The notes: generated by a model not told the origin, from the letters alone. 64,000 nt of DNA from Rhizodiscina lignyota (GCA_010015805.1 ML978121.1:1612001-1676000), one strand, 5' to 3'; positions 52,613 to 63,345 are shown, counted from the stretch's first letter. Made by a program: numbers and translations.

Positions 52613-52906
52613 TATAAGCTGCATTCTTCCGCCGGAATTGCTCGATTGCCAAAGCATCAATTTTATAATTACACTGTGGCCCTTCCTCAAGCTGCTCGTC
52701 TGGTCGTATAAGCACAGAACATACGGGCAACCTTTGATTGATTCCCCCTTAGACAGGTAATGACATACAACCAAGACACAAATAGTCACGACAGCGATGT
52801 TCGAGATATACATATCCATCATTCCTCACCAATTCAGCCACTATACGAATTCTTTCATAGCCTTGTTACAGATATGTCCTTGCCGTCCAAGCACTATTTG
52901 AATCAA

Positions 52907-54542
52907 TCATACGGGAGCCTTGCTATCCTTCATTCCACCATGATGCATTTTCCTCTCAACCTTGTCCGTCAAGTGCTTCTTTGCGTCTTTTGAGAACAGG
53001 CTTCCAATAATGGCAATACCACCAAACCCAAGAGAGGCCAGATAAACAGCTTAAAAGCTTGGGAGTACGCAGTGGGAAGTACGCCTGCTACTGCAGCTCG
53101 GACGCTTGATGAGAGGCCTGGTAGTGTTGCGAATTCTCCGTTAACCACGGCAGCAACGACAGTCGGCACTTGGTCAGCAGGCAGTCCAGCAGCCGTTGCA
53201 GCGGGACCAATATTTGCTGGTAGGGTGTGGCCAGGCGGTTGTTGAGGATGGTGACATACACGGCCACAGCGATCAATCCCCCAGCAGATCGAATAGATGC
53301 GAGAAGTCCGGATGCGAGACCAATATCTGCAGCCTTGCAGAACAAGGGCGCCAGGGCCAACGAAGCCAGTTCAATGAAACCCACGAAAAATGGCCCTATC
53401 ATCGTGAATGCTATGCCCATTTTCAAGGTGCTGGGCGTAAAGGCTGCCAGAGCGGCGACGAACCCAACCATCGAGCATGCTGAGAATATCAGCCAATATC
53501 TGGTATTTTCACCCCACTTGACGATCACTGCTGCGCAAATTTGGCCGAGCGCTGTGGCACTTGCTACAGTCGACGACAGCCAACCCGCATATGTAACATC
53601 CTAGGTATACAATGCTGCGACCTGTTGAGGCCAAAGAAATATCGCAGAATAATAAAACATCGAAGCCACTGTCGCGCAGGCTACCAGGCTAATGAAGCCT
53701 CGGTTCGCGAAAAATTTCACCGGTATGGCTGGATATTTGAGGTCGTCAAAGCCTTCGTAAATGAAGAGCACAATTAAACAGACGCCACCGAGAACGGTGC
53801 TACTGATGACTGCTGCCGATTTCCAAGGATAGATGACGCCTCCCCAGGAGATTCCCATCAGGAATACGGTCAATCCAGCGGTCCAGAGAAAAATACCGAC
53901 ATCTGAATAAGTGTTAGTTTCAGTTCCCCTTTCATTCAGTGCAACGTACAGTCGAGTTCTTTCAGAAGCTGCCTCTTCGTCTTGTGTTCATGCAACTGCT
54001 CGAACTTTGGTGGTCGATAAAATAGAAAGAGTAAGATGATAGCCAGTCCTACGACAATAATGTTAATGTAATAGCAAAATCGCCAACCTAACGACGGATG
54101 TTCGATGAATTTCCTGGCAATAACTGAGCCAAATGTTGCAATGGGTGCATTTGTTAAGAATATGAACGATAATATGGCGGGTCTGTATTTGTTTGGCACT
54201 GAATTGTTGTTAGCACGTATCAACCATAAACCCCCCCTTTTTTTCTTTTTTTTTTTCTTGACGTACCGAGTTCCCCAAGGGCGACATTGAAGCTGAGCTG
54301 AACAGTCTCTCCAAGACCATACACAGCGCTTCCAACGATGAGAGTGTCCTTTGCAACAATCAGCAGGGGCTTGCTTCTACCTTGCATCACGGATACCAAC
54401 CACATTCTGCGCTGTAGCAGACGATAATCCCCACCAAGGCGATGGTATTTCCCCCAATAAAGAACCACCTTCTCCCAAATAAGTCTGAAAGTCGACCAAG
54501 AATTGTATAAGTAAAAGAGAGTGAGAGAGTTCGAGCTATGTT
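52907..54542 (-). pseudogene. TRI12-like MFS transporter body, multiply disrupted
   Basis: LGRLSDLFGRRWF, GELVPNKYR, WRFCYY, GGVIYPWKSA, DIGLASG. Frameshifts near 54417, 53226 and 53049, and an in-frame TAG at 53603..53601. N-terminus missing. Confidence 0.85.
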
Positions 54543-54620
54543 GGCAAAGACCCTGTCTGTAAAGCCACCACTGCATCCTGCAATGCGTACTGGTCTTCTT
54601 CTGTTACTTGTGGGCGACAT
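54543..54620 (-). pseudogene. Displaced first exon of AtuA gene 1, fused in frame to the MFS body
   Basis: MSPTSNRRRPVRIAGCSGGFTDRVFA matches KRPIRVAGCSGGVYDRKRA at the start of AtuA gene 2. Confidence 0.8.
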
Positions 54621-55211
54621 AATTTTGAATACCTCTCGCCCGGCCTTCGAGTGTTCCGACTAGAATAAGCCATTCCCTCTTGCTTCAATAGCAATGCTTC
54701 TAGTTAAGTCGACGTGAAAGCTCCGATGCCAGATTCGGCATCCCGGCAAACAATGCAGGACCAAGTCAATGTAGATTCGAGCAAAGGCTGAACACGAAGG
54801 GATATCGTTTTCCTTATACGAATTTGGGAGGACCGAACTCGCTTTCCCTTTGGAAGGATTTCATACTTCCCCTCTTTCACAGACTAATGATTCAGCGCCC
54901 GTGCCTATCCACACACGCTAATTCCCCAGAAACACCAATCTCACGTGGTCAGGCCTTCGCCAGAGAAACACCGGAATGGTTGTCAGCCAAGATGGTCTGA
55001 AGCTTTTACCGTGCGTGGGAGTTTAAAATTTGCATCAAAGGTGCGAAGATGGCGAGCATTTTCTGCAGTTCCAAGGTTCGTCGTCGCCGGGTATTCAAGC
55101 AAACCTCAGAAATCTTTTGTCTCCACATCTCTTTTTCATATTGTGCACTTGCTGTTGACAAAAATCAATCATAACCCAAAGTTGCCAATCAACAACGATG
55201 CACAAGACAGT

Positions 55212-55444
55212 CATGCAGGTGACAAAATAACTGCGTCCGACTAACTGAACGTCCTTTAGGAGGAAGACATTTCGTTCTTGAGCACAAGTGAGAGTATCTC
55301 TGAAATCTTGATTTAATATATACTGCAGTCTATTCATCGCAAATACATAGGTTGGTATACTCGGCTTATGTTAGTTGATGATGGTGTACATCCTCGAAGT
55401 TTGAGATATTGCAGCTACGACTCAACTATTTTGTCACCAACTTG
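55212..55444 (+). mobile_element. MITE-like element, copy 1 (233 bp)
   Basis: Imperfect TIRs CATGCAGGTGACAAAATAACTGCGTC / GACTCAACTATTTTGTCACCAACTTG, flanks GACAGT / GACGGT. Internal sequence is similar to copies 2 and 3. Confidence 0.75.
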
Positions 55445-55546
55445 GACGGTCTAAACCCCGTGAGCTACTCGCCTTAGAGCTACTAGTTTTGAATCCACCT
55501 GGTCCAAGCCGAAGTCACAATTCCGCCGCAACCGAGAAGAAAAAGG

Positions 55547-55675
55547 ATGGATTCCGACCCAGAAAAACTGAAAATTGTAGAGGCAGTTGAGCAGTCTAAC
55601 GCTTCCACCGACATTCACGACTCGACTTCTCCTGAGGATGGGAAAGTAAGCTTCAAGACGAAGTTAGCTGTGTTT
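55547..55675 (+). pseudogene. Orphan first exon of an MFS transporter
   Basis: MDSDPEKLKIVEAVEQ...KVSFKTKLAVF followed by a GTTAGT donor, a typical acidic MFS N-terminus. No continuation on this strand. Confidence 0.55.
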
Positions 55676-55687
55676 GTTAGTTCCTCT

Positions 55688-55791
55688 CACTCCAATTGCA
55701 TAGGCATAAAGGAGGATATCTCTGCGATTATAGCTGTACTTTATTAGAGGATACCTGTACCCAGTGGCTTTGCAAAAGTCGACATTGTCAT
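55688..55791 (-). pseudogene. N-terminal fragment of a MaoC-type (hydratase-2-like) dehydratase
   Basis: VDFCKATGYRYPLIKYSYNRRDILLYAYAIGV resembles the Y-x-x-RD-x-LLYA-x-x-IG start of peroxisomal dehydratases. The ATG is out of frame and the rest of the gene is absent. Confidence 0.55.
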
Positions 55792-56463
55792 GGCGACCGG
55801 TTTCATTCTTGATTGGTCTGTCGCTTTCCATGCCGATAGAGAGCATATAGATCTTTGGAGGATCCAGGAAATGCACAACCAATTGAAGACAAAGAAACAA
55901 GGTGCACGACATGACATGAAACGAAGAAGCATTGGAAACTCGAGACCACTGAACGTGTCCAAGCAGCGCTAATGAGGAAGCGGAAGAGCTACTCCAGGGT
56001 TCGGTGACTACCCGCCGGCTGGTAGGAATAGAACAGCGTACTAACCTTGCCATCGCTAAACCGTTTATCTTAGAGCTGTCGAAGGCCCACATAAACCATA
56101 CGGCCTGTTGTTGTTCGGTGCGTACGGCAAATGAGTTTGTTGGAACTTCAATTGGGACCAGGAATGCAGGCTGACTCATTGCGCACGACGCGTCCGTGTC
56201 CAAGAGTCGCGTTTGTCTCCCCATCCGTTTTCCTCACTGTCTCAATTGGGATGGAAAACTTCTGAAAAATGTTTCCCGGTGAAGATGATGAGCCGCTTCG
56301 GCACCGAATGGCTTCTTACCTTCGGATTTGTGTCATTGCAGTTGCACTGGCCTCTAACGGGTTCAGACCGCACACGCCGCCACGACTTGGGAGTTGCATA
56401 ACCGTTCTCTATCCTCCTTACCTGTCGAGCTCATGTGAAGTTTGATAATCACTCAGTTTCGCA

Positions 56464-57213
56464 ATGGGATCTATTATCGTTGTCGGGCATCTGACAACTC
56501 GTGGACAAGCTGCGCGACAAAAGGCACGGACAGTCTATTGTGATATACCCAGCTTGGCTGACTGACATTTTCAGGTCATCGATGGTCTGACCAAGGTCAT
56601 GCATTACTCGAAAGAGAACGAACCAGGAGTTCCACAATATGCCATTACTGTTCCCAGGGATGAATCGGACGAGAAGTCCGTGTTTGTGATTGAAGAGTAT
56701 ATCCTGCTCTCACACTCGTACCAATGTTTGGTGCCTAACTCTGCTAGATATGCCAACAAGACGACTTTAGATGCGCACATGAAAACAAATGTCATTCAAG
56801 ACCTCCTGAAGACATTTGGTTCCGAACTCCTCCTCGAGGGCAATCCCCAAGTCTACAACCTCCAAACCCTGCATGTTCTCACTCGACCGGAAGCCAACCG
56901 AGCCGACTCGTATATAGTATTTGGCATCATAAGCTATGTAAAAGGCAAAGTCGCAGAAGGCTTGCCGTTCTGGAAGGCAGTTTTTGAAACAACAAAAACC
57001 GACGAACCGGGCTCGTTCGGATATTGTGTCTGCCGGGACGAAGAAGAAAACCCTGACGAGCTGTATACGGTTGAGGTCTATGAAAGTGAAAAATACCTAT
57101 GGGACGTCCACGCAAAGAGCCATGCTGTCAAGGCGAACATGAAGACAATGCACATCCGTGAAGGTTTGCAGCGATACTTTCTCAAGTTGGTGGCCGGCTA
57201 CTTTCACAAGTAG
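56464..57213 (+). CDS. Tandem ABM / dimeric alpha+beta barrel protein; 3 exons
   Basis: Two repeats of the EPG...Y...E.Y...H pattern (ENEPGVPQYAI...IEEY...AH; DEPGSFGY...VEVYES...VH). The first intron 56524..56574 has a GC donor. Confidence 0.72.
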
Positions 57214-57340
57214 ATGAGCTGCCATTTCTGTAATCCTCTCAAAAATAAACCATTACGTTTCCGCGTGACCTGCTCTTCTCCTCAATGTCACGATGGACCA
57301 GTATCAAATACACTCTCGAGGTAGATTTGGATATGCTGTT

Positions 57341-57354
57341 CCGAGTTCTCCGCA
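57341..57354. promoter_or_regulatory. CCG-N6-CCG direct repeat (CCGAGTTCTCCGCA), candidate Zn2Cys6 site
   Basis: ~260 bp upstream of AtuA gene 2, identical to 32600..32613. Confidence 0.3.
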
Positions 57355-57611
57355 GGGTCTTTTGATGGTGGGCCAGATTCTAGACATGCAGCTGGTTCCG
57401 ATATATCCATCGCACTGAATCATTAGCGTCACCAATGCCCTGACCAATCATTTCAGTCTGAAAGCTCCGCTGGAAATGGAGATACCGTGAATTCCGAGAG
57501 GGAATTCATATCAGTCGTATCATCTCACATATATTAGATTTCAATTCTGTCTTGTATTAGCCTGGCACCGTACCTTCCCTCAATATCCAGTCATTCTTCG
57601 TACATTTCGAA

Positions 57612-60279
57612 ATGGCGCCCGTTAGTTACGAAACATCGAATGGAGTGGATGGCGTTAATGGAATCAATGGAACGAATGGAACAGCGAAAAGGCCAATCCG
57701 AGTTGCGGGCTGCTCTGGAGGTAAGCGTCCTTCGGTATCATCGGAGTACTTGCTAACTATGAGGACAAGGCGTGTATGATAGGAAGCGCGCCATTCATGA
57801 TATGGCGAAGAATGAGGAGATAGACTGCATCACCGGAGATTGGATGAGGTTTGTCAATTCTTTCCCATTTCCCTCGCAAAGTCTTGAAGCCTGTTAAACT
57901 AGCCATTTTTCTCTCTCCATTTTCCCCCCTCTCTGTTCTTTTCCCTCTGCTGAACAACTCGACAATGACGGAAACATGAGCTTATACTTGGATGAGTGAA
58001 TGTATGTCATTCCTTTCTCTCCAGTAACGCCGCAAATACTAATTTGCTTCGCAGGTAACATGTATGTGACACCACGTGCCCGTCTTGCGAATTCCAACGT
58101 TAACAGCTCTATACAGGACCCTTCGTGGCTCCGACAAGCGGGATCGACTGGCCAACAAGGCGATGAACTCGGGGTCCTCAGTAGCGAAGGGTTATGAGCC
58201 ATACTTCCTCGAGGAACTAGACCCTGCTATCCCATGGCTCGCGAAGAATAACGTAAAGGTCGCTGTCAACGCTGGAGCCTCTGATGTTCATGGACTTGGG
58301 GAAGCCGTCAAAGAACTGATTAAGAAGCACGGCGTCGACCTGAAAGTTGGCGTTGTCGATGGCGATGACGTAACGGATGCCGTCTTGGATCTTTACAAGA
58401 AAGGTCGGTACAATCATTGGAGCTCCTATCAGGCCTGATGCGAGTAAAGACTGACGACATGCGCAGGAGAACCTTTCTACAACCTCCCCCAGAACAAGGC
58501 TATTCAAGATTGGGGTTATGATCCAATCTGTGCACAATGTTACCTCGGCGGCACGGGAATTGCTGCATGCTTTGAAGGAGGAGCAGATATCGTTCTTTGT
58601 GGCCGAGTAGCCGATGCCTCTGTCACACTGGGGGTTTCAATGTGGTGGCATGGCTGGAAACGAGAAAACTTCCAGCAGTTGGCTGCCGCATTGATGGTCG
58701 GGCATATCATTGAGTGTTCGACGTACGCGACAGGCGGCTATTACTCTGGATTCAAAGACTTGGGTGTGAATGACACTGATATGGGTTGTGCGTTGAATTG
58801 CTCAGAAATCGTAGCGTCTGGCTGACAACCGCATACAGATCCTATCGCGTCCATCGATGAGAAAGGAGAAGCAGTAATTACGATGGAGAAGAACAAACAC
58901 GGACTTGTTTCTGTTGCAACAGTAGCTGCTCAACTACTCTACGAGATTCAGGGACCACTCTATTTTAATTCCGACGTAACGTACGTCACTTTTGAGGCAT
59001 GAGGGCTGTCAATAGCTCACAGCGCTGGGCGGCCTTGTTTGGACCTCTGCTAACTTTTATCGGAAATAGAGCGTCCATCGAAGACATGGTTCTACGTCAA
59101 ATTGGCGAAAATGCAGTCCATGTTTCGGGAGTGAAAGGCCTGCCGCCTCCCTCAACGACTAAAGGTACGGGAATAACAACCCCCCCCCCCCCTTTTTTTT
59201 TCCCTCTCTCCTTCTGGCGGCCCCATAGTAACGTTATCGCAGTTGGAATCACAGCAAAGGGCGGCTATCAAGCAGAGTTTCATTTTTACCTTACTGGGCT
59301 CGATATTGAGGAGAAAGCAGCCATGGTGGAGCGACAAACGAAGGCGTTGATGGGTGACCACATCTCGAAGTTTTCGTGCCTGAAGTTCATGATTGCCGGC
59401 ACTGTTCCTGATGATCCGCAATCCCAAGAGGAGGCAACTGTGGATATGCGAATCTTCGCACAAACTAGAGATCCGGATATTCTGAGCGGAAACAACTTTG
59501 TGGACTCCGACCGAGGGAGGTGAGTGTCAAGGACCCCAATCATTCCGAAAAGAGACTGAGACAGTATTGCAGCTTCGCGCGCTTCTGCATTGAGAACTTG
59601 CTTCAAGGTTATCCTGGTTCTACTATGGCTCCCGATATGCGGACGGCCATTGGTCGCCCGTTCTTCGAATACTGGGTGACTCTCATGCCACAACACTTTG
59701 TGAAAGAAACAGCGCATCTACCTGATGGCACAGTCATTGATATTCCAACCCCTTCAGTAATGAAAGAATATCCAAGAGAGCAGCCGTCGTATGACACGAA
59801 AGATCCTGTCGACCTGTCCTCATTCGGCCCAACCACACGTGCTCCGCTCGGCTACATCGTTATGGGTAGATCGGGTATGTGTACCTTAACCACCACAAGA
59901 GCGTCTATGCTAATACTTCAACAGGCGACAAGTCCAGCAACTGTAATCTTGGCCTCTATGTCCGACACGACGATGAATGGGACTGGCTGCGATCTATTCT
60001 TAGCATCGCGAAGATCCGAGAACTGCTTGGTAAAGACGACGTTGGAAGACCCATAGAGCGCTGCGAGTTCCCCAACATTAGAGCAGTACATTTCTTGCTC
60101 AAAGACCACCTTGACAGAGGGTTTAACTCAACTAGCAGCTTTGATTCACTCGGAAAGAATTGCTGTAAGTTACGGTCTCCTATCCAAGCCCGCGCGGTCC
60201 GTTAACGAGCGCAGGTGAATACATTCGGTCTAAGCACGTTGATATCCCGAACAAGTTCCTCGAACGCGGAAGGATATAA
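57612..60279 (+). CDS. AtuA/DUF1446 family protein 2, apparently intact; 12 exons including 5- and 7-nt micro-exons
   Basis: RPIRVAGCSG, GDWMSECNMT, VNAGASD, GADIVLCGRVADA, GHIIECS, QLLYEIQGPLY, GRSGDKSSNCNLG, FDSLGKNCCEYIRSK. All 11 inferred introns restore the frame. Confidence 0.88.
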
Positions 60280-60431
60280 ATATTGCGGAATTGCTTTGTT
60301 ACCATTATCCAAATGAAAAGAAGGGAACTCACCTCCTGAGAGCTGCCCTCCTTTCCTAACTATCACTATGATGTTGGATAATTCAGAGAAATATCGCCAT
60401 TCTTGCAAACGTAATAATCTGAGTATGCACT

Positions 60432-60662
60432 CACGAGAGTGATAAAACAGCTGCGCCCGATTAATTGAACTGCTGCAGTAAAACTAAATTCTGCTCTTCA
60501 GCACGAGCGAGAGCATCTCTGAAAGCTCGATTAGATAGACAGAAGGGCGTATTCATCGAAAACACTCGGCTGTAGGATGTATAACTTATATTAATCAATA
60601 CTGATACATCATCGCGGTTCGACATGTTGCAGCCACGACTCGACTATTTTGTCACCCACTTG
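60432..60662 (+). mobile_element. MITE-like element, copy 2 (231 bp)
   Basis: TIRs CACGAGAGTGATAAAACAGCTGCGCC / GACTCGACTATTTTGTCACCCACTTG, flanked on both sides by GCACT. Confidence 0.78.
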
Positions 60663-60904
60663 GCACTATTTCCACTAGTGCGTATGAAACAGATTCATTC
60701 ACTTGAACCAATTAGAAGGAATATGAGTTGGTTAGCGATTATGTGCATATTTCGCACCAACTCTTTGCACGATGAAGGATTTGTGGTACAATATTAGCTT
60801 AGAGTAGGTGTAGGTTGGAGATGCACTAGTTTGACAATTCACCATGATTTACGGCAATCTCACGGCCACTTACCACTCGAACATTGCAAATTAAGACCAT
60901 CAAG

Positions 60905-61306
60905 ATGTCTTCTAGCAATACCAATATGGACCCTTTCACCAATAAGGCCTACAGTGCTAATTTCTTCGTACTGCGCAAAACGGCGTAAACTCTTCCTACC
61001 TCGCAGCAGATTCCTTAGCTGCTATCAAGAATAAAGTAGAGCAACGTCGTGGTAGTTATAGGGGAAACGGGTTCCGATAAGACGACACAATTGCCTAAGG
61101 CAATATTACTCGATAATAAGCTAAAAAAGAGCGGCAAAAAGCTTGCTCTTACCCAGAACTAGCGCCTCGTAGCCCAACTTGTAAGCCGTCACATATCTAA
61201 TTCCACAATTGCGGATGTACTTACTAACTATTATTAATCCTAGGTTACCGACCGTATCGCAAAGGAAATGGATGTGCAAGTCGGTAGTGTGGTCGGTCTC
61301 AAGCAT
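60905..61306 (+). pseudogene. RIP-mutated 5' fragment of a Prp43-like DEAH-box RNA helicase
   Basis: DPFTNKAYSANFFVLRKTA*TLP...VVVVIGETGSDKTTQLP...LALTQN*RLVAQL|VTDRIAKEMDVQVGSVVG. Four in-frame TAA/TAG stops, intron 61181..61242. Confidence 0.82.
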
Positions 61307-61308
61307 AC

Positions 61309-61637
61309 ATAGTTGAGTCGTGACTGTAATATATAGAACTGCGAGGATGTACCCCCTTGATAGTTAATATAAGTTATACACGCTGAGCTGCGTGTTTTAG
61401 ATAAACGAACTCTGGTATATAATTTATCGACCCTTCAGAGATGCTCTCGCTAGCGTTAAAGAGGTTTTGTAGCTAATATAAGTTATACACGCTGAAGCTG
61501 CGTGTTTTAAATAAACGAACTCTAGTATATAGTGTATCGATCTTTCAGAGATGCTCTCGCTAGCGTTGAAGAGGAAACCTCGCTTTTGCTGAATACGTTT
61601 AAACTTTACGGGACTCAACTATTTTGTCACCCCCGTG
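61309..61637 (-). mobile_element. MITE-like element, copy 3: inverted, one TIR truncated, ~100-bp internal tandem duplication
   Basis: GACTCAACTATTTTGTCACCCCCGTG at 61612..61637 and partial ATAGTTGAGTCG at 61309. Segment 61366..61464 is repeated at 61474..61574. Confidence 0.75.
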
Positions 61638-61894
61638 CTGGCTTGTTGTTGGCACTACTCGATCACAAGAAATTCAAGTTGTGCTTCCAGGACCCGAGCA
61701 AGCCTGGCTACTATGTCCATATGTTGAAGGCTCTCGCCGCAGGCAATTACTTGCGAGTCGCTAAGCGTGAATCTCGGTCAGAGCCGAGAACATATGACAC
61801 CGTCCGGCATGGTGCTCGAGTCAAATTGAGACTGATGATTGGCCTCGCTTCGCCCGTGGGTCGGTTCCTTTTCCGGCTCTCCATATCAACCTCG

Positions 61895-62064
61895 TGCTAT
61901 TTATTCAGTTCTCTATCTTCATCTAACCCCACAATGCTATTGATTCAGTTCTCTAGCCTCCCCCAACACTACATGCTATTGATTTAGTTCTCTAGCTCGC
62001 TGCTACCCGCCATTGATTAACTTTTCTGGCTCGCTCCTACCCGCCATTGATTAACTTCTCTGGC
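61895..62064. repeat. Degenerate minisatellite, 5 units (periods 40, 39, 34, 34 bp)
   Basis: Core (T/C)GC(T/C)ATTGATT.A.TT(C/T)TCT(A/G)GC at 61895, 61935, 61974, 62008 and 62042. Confidence 0.75.
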
Positions 62065-62503
62065 TTGGCCTCGGCTGGTAAGCTGGATAGGTACTATATA
62101 GACATCGAAGAACTATTCTTGAATTGAACTCCTAGCCTTAGATGTGTGCTATATACATGTGCAGGCCTCCCGTGAGGCGCCAGATGATGAGGCGATTGAA
62201 CCACAAAACGTACTTGCCTAAATGATATCGGTGCTAGCCTAAGACTCCATGCCCTTCCTTACTATCAAATAAGCTCAGGGCAATCGTAGAATAAACTATC
62301 TCAAGATCATTAATGCAAGTTTTTAATTATGCAACACGCTTCGACGGCTATTGGGTTAAGCGTCTGTGGGATGAACAAATGCAACACATTTCTATTTCTA
62401 GTCACTTCCTCAGCGTAACTATTCACTCGGTAAGAGGACAGGGACGAAGAATGTATTGCATCGTGGCAGGGTCTCGATATTTGCGTTCCTACCTCGCCGG
62501 AAA

Positions 62504-62989
62504 TTAAGCCTCCTCTTTAGTATCACCCTCTGGAAAACCCACACTCAAATTGCCCCTTCCCCAAACAAAAAACAACAACACACAGCTGACACTTAGCGCG
62601 TAGCTGAAGGGATAGGGGGGATAGTTACTCAAAAAGCCAAATATTCCCACTAAGACGCATGACAAAGTATCTGGAGTCCACCAAATATCGACCACATCCA
62701 TCACTCTGCATAGCGGCAGCATTCTATATGCCAGCAAGAAGCAGGCCACCAGTCCCAGAGGACATATTACCCAGTTGAACTCGAGGATGCGAAAGAGTTT
62801 TTCCGACCTCTTCACAAGGAACTCGTCCACCCCCTCTGGACGTGGGTTGGGAATATCTTGAATCTTCCTCGGAATAGCATTGTCATCGCCTGCGACCTGG
62901 AATCTTTGCAGTATGATCCCGTTCGGATCCTCGATCTGATTTGTCGTAATCTGATAATCGGCCATAGCCTGAGGCTCAGGTTTATTCAT
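62504..62989 (-). CDS. Hypothetical small membrane protein (~3 hydrophobic segments)
   Basis: 161-aa ORF with a hydrophilic N-terminus and a hydrophobic C-terminal half. No family recognised. Confidence 0.5.
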   Translation of the reverse strand: MNKPEPQAMADYQITTNQIEDPNGIILQRFQVAGDDNAIPRKIQDIPNPRPEGVDEFLVKRSEKLFRILEFNWVICPLGLVACFLLAYRMLPLCRVMDVVDIWWTPDTLSCVLVGIFGFLSNYPPYPFSYALSVSCVLLFFVWGRGNLSVGFPEGDTKEEA

Positions 62990-63345
62990 GTTGGTCGTGT
63001 TTCTCGTGATATCTGAATATAAACTTCTTAAAATGGCAACTCTTTCTTGGCTCTGACACTACGGTATATTTGAAAAGGAAGTTGACACCGCGGCTTGAAG
63101 CGAAGAAGAGGAATCGGCAGCGATTTTATAATTGCTAAGGTAACTATTCCTCCGCCATGACGTCGGCACTGTTGGTAACCTGACCGTTGTACAGCGCTTA
63201 GGATCGCAGATCAACTGGCCAGAGAATGAAACATCGACGTATGTTTAGAAGCGAAACTAAGATTGATGATTCCTTATCGACGTGCCAATTTTTCTCTACG
63301 TGAGGCGGCGGGACTCTGTTACACCACAAACACCGAGACCTTCAT

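Noticed and set aside
54231..59202. Similar C-run/T-run tracts at ~54231 and ~59180
   Set aside because: Simple intronic homopolymers with no further shared sequence.
61895..62064. CRISPR-like repeat/spacer look
   Set aside because: Eukaryotic context, degenerate repeats, short related linkers, no cas genes.
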